64,000 nucleotides of DNA. Origin: Azolla caroliniana (Eukaryota > Plantae > Polypodiophyta). Below the pieces are notes generated by a model. It was not told the origin of the DNA. It searched no databases and saw only the letters and a program-made list of their open reading frames with translations. A program made the position numbers and the translations under genes. Positions within the stretch are counted from its first letter, which is position 1. Every line of letters begins with the position of its first letter. The DNA is taken from positions 7,750,001 through 7,814,000 of the forward strand of contig JBHGNT010000021.1 of assembly GCA_043228905.1 (NCBI GenBank). The letters are read 5' to 3'. Shown one piece after another: positions 60,832 through 64,000 of this stretch.

Positions 60832-63373
60832 TTAACAAGGTGACGATCCGAAATGCCGGAATTGGTCCAAGTGTGGATGAATTTGTCGAAGCCTTCGCAG
60901 GAAGATCGATCTATTCCATTCGTGATCTCTACTCGGGCTATGATCAGTTTCAATTGGCTGTCGATAGTAGAGACATAACGACAATGAGGACGCCAATTGG
61001 GTTGGTAAAGATGTGCACCTTACCCCAAGGTACGACAAATTCCGTAGCCCATATGGTGAATGCCATGAATAAAGTGTTGAGGGATTGCATCCCTGATATC
61101 ACAATGGCCTTCTTAGATGACATTCCAATCAAAGGATGCTTGGTGGAAGAGAAAGATGAATCGAAGGATGAAGATGGTTGCCGAAGATTCGTCATAGATC
61201 ATATAAAGGATAACGAGAAGGTGTTGCAAAAGCTTGAGGATGCAAATCTCATGTTTTTGGGAGAGAAGTCTGCATTTGGTCAACCAGAAATATTGGTAGT
61301 AGGACACTTATGTGGGTCTTATGGCCGGAAGCCATCACCATCCAAGGTGAATGCTATTCAAGAGATGAAAGAAGAATGTGTGTCTCAAACAGAGGTGCGA
61401 AGATTCTATCACATATGGATTCCACACTATGCTCATGTCGCTAAACCATTGTATGGATTACTAAAGAAAAGGAAGAAGTTCGAATGGGAAGATGATCACA
61501 CCTACGCGGTTCAAAAGCTAAAGAAACTATTATTGGAAGCTTCGGCACTACGAAAAAGCCGACTACACCGAAGGTACCCCGATATATGTGACAGTGGATA
61601 CGAGCCCAACCGGAATTGGATGGGTGATAAACCAAGAAGACAAAGAAAAGAATCGGTATGCAATCCGATTCGGTGCAAAGGTCTTGACCGGAAGACAAAG
61701 AAAGTATGCCCAAGTAAAGAGAGAGCTATGGGGAATAGTATCTATGGTTAAAACCGATTGTGACTACCTTATCAAAACAGAAGTCATAATTGAAACTGAT
61801 TATCTACATATTCTCGGAATGATATCCGGTTGTGCTACACTGGATATTGTTAGGCTGCGATGGATTGCCTATATCAAGTCCCTCAACCCCGAGATTCGAC
61901 ATATAAATGGAAAGCATAATGTGGTGGCCGATATGTTGTCAAGGGCAAGGTATGAGGGTGAAGAAAATTTGCACTCCGACGAAGAGGATGTTGGCCTAAA
62001 ATTCTTTACGGTTTCTTGTGCTCGGGTGCTAGCAGTGTTTAAAGTAGAAGATTATGAGGGAGAATTCATCGAAATTTGCAAGTACTTAAGCTCTCTTACA
62101 AAGGATGAATCATGGTCAAAGGAATTCTACCGAATTAGGAAGAAGGCCTACAAGTTCTTCCTCAAAGAAGGACATCTATGGAAGTTTCCAAAGAAGAAGA
62201 ATGGAACTCCACTTCGAGTAGTGTGCAAGAAACAAGATCAACAAACACTAATTGCTGAATTTCATGATAGTGTGTGGGAAGGTCATCGAGGTATATGGGA
62301 AACTTTCGCAAAGCTCAAGGAGAAGTATTGGTGGTAGGGTGTGTACAAAGATGTAACAAGCTATGTTGAAACATGTGAGGAATGCCAAGTATACTCGAAT
62401 ATTCAACATGGGGATGAACTTCATTCGACATATCCATTATCAATGCATTATAAGTGGTTGGTAGAAATAGTGGTTATGCCGATGGGATTGGGGTAAATGA
62501 AGTATCTCATGCTAGCAAGAGAGGATCTCACCAACCAAGTAGAAGGATGGGCACTAAGGAATAAAACAACTTCAGCGGTTTGTAAGTTTCTCCTTGAAGA
62601 TGTTATTTGTCGATACGGATGTCTCGGCAAAATAGTAGCAGATACATGTAAATGAATCTAAAGAGTTCTTTTCAAGAATAGGCATCAAACTATCGCTCAC
62701 CATGGTATACAACCCGAACGCAAATGGGAAGGTGGAACGAGGAGATAGTCCGATTGTAAAAGCTCTAGCAAAGGCTTGCGACGACAAGATGGGGAATTGG
62801 CCATGATTACTACCTTATGCATTGTGGGCTAATAGAACTACACATAGCACGACTACAACATATATGCTAGCGAAACTCATATTAGGGCAAAAACCAATAA
62901 TGCCTATCGAGCAAAGTATTGCTTCATGGACATATTTTCCATGGCAAGATGAAATGAGTCGAGAAGATTTGCTAGCTATAAGGATTCAACAATTTGAACG
63001 AAGGCCTGAAGATGTCGAGTTGGCAATAGAATGGTTGCCCTAAGCTCGATTGAAGAACAAGGAGAATTTTGATAAAAAGCATCGTCTTCGACAAAGAAAA
63101 ATTGAAGAAGGAGATTGGGTTCTTGTCTATGATAGTAGTCTTGATAATCAATATAGCACTGCTCGAAAGTTTGCAAAATGATGGTTTGGTCCGTATATGG
63201 TTAAGAAAATTGGAAACAATGCAACCTATTTTTTAGCGGAGTTAGATGGAACTCAACTTGCCTTGCCAATTGTACGAAAGAGGATCAAGATCTTTAACAG
63301 AAGAGAGGGCCCAAATCTTGAGATCGAAGCTCTAGATGATGTAGCCTCGAACATCGAGGTTGAAAAAGAGTAA
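60832..63373 (+). pseudogene. pol: W2 RT-RH-IN, degenerate
   Basis: DLYSGYDQ, FLDDIPIKG, VDTSPTGIGW and integrase remnants, with many stops. Confidence 0.9.
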
Positions 63374-63437
63374 TTAAAAGAGGAACCTCACCATAATTGG
63401 CACATACCGGTGGATATGTAGGCTTGGTCGGGCTTAA

Positions 63438-64000
63438 TGTCGTGTGGGTTTTTCACACACGATATGAAAACTAGTAAAATAATGATTTAATATTAGCTTA
63501 ATGTATTGATATGGAAAGATAGATGTCTTCAAGAGTTTCATAACGTATTTTACTACGCATGAAATGGATAAACAAGCATCAAGTTATATGAGTGAGAAGT
63601 TTGAAGAGAAAAGGGAAAAAACAAAACTGTGAGATATCCCACATAGATAGGATAACATTGGATTCCCCAATATATATAGAAAGCCAAAACCTATTCACTA
63701 TATCAATGTGTGAAGTACAGAATGTTCAAGGTGACTTGGGCTAAATTGTGTGTTTGAATAACTCAAATGATTTTGGGTCATCGCATACGGCCTGGTCGGG
63801 ACGCGCGTGCGTGCGGGCGCGCATGCGGATATGTACACGGCTCTGTTGGGATGCGTGTCTGTGCGGGCACGCGCGGATGCGTACACTACGCGGTTAGGAT
63901 GCACGCGTGTGCGGATGCGTACACTGCGCGGTCGAGATGCGTGCGTGTGCGGATGCGTATACTACCTGGTCGGGACACGCGCGTGCGTGGATGCATGCAC
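63438..64000 (+). repeat. W2 3' LTR (partial) with an expanded GC-rich tandem tract
   Basis: Homologous to 35520 onward; repeated GCGGATGCGTACAC units at about 63790-64000. Confidence 0.88.

Larger units (their letters stand above)
35520..64000 (+). mobile_element. Family-W Gypsy W2 (degenerate, complete domain set), interrupted at 39735-60831; its 3' LTR runs off the right edge
   Basis: 5' LTR 35520-36612, degenerate Trp PBS, 3' LTR from 63438. RT rejoins across the TTAAC TSD. Confidence 0.9.

Overview
This window is plant repeat-rich DNA with no host gene. It is a deep nest of retrotransposons. A non-seed land plant such as a fern, lycophyte or bryophyte is inferred from the Tcn1-like chromoviruses and RTEX-like LINEs. 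Contents: (i) six insertions or copies of an unusual tRNA-Trp-primed Ty3/Gypsy family ('family W'); (ii) five Tcn1-like chromoviruses, one full length with apparently identical LTRs at 21187-26940; (iii) five Copia elements or fragments; (iv) an Arg-primed Gypsy fragment; (v) RTEX-like LINE pieces; (vi) a hAT-type MITE; (vii) a 100-N gap. The main observations are these. Both unrelated Gypsy families carry an antisense tRNA-like Pol III promoter (A box plus B box at canonical tRNA spacing) in LTR U3. Every family-W insertion has a 4-bp target site centred on CpG. Family W has a -1 frameshift and pseudoknot after protease. The Tcn1-like elements show Tf1-type self-priming and their own -1 frameshift signal. 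A recent non-autonomous W element encodes an intact Gag fusion protein with basic 8-aa repeats. All coordinates were read by eye and no searches were run.
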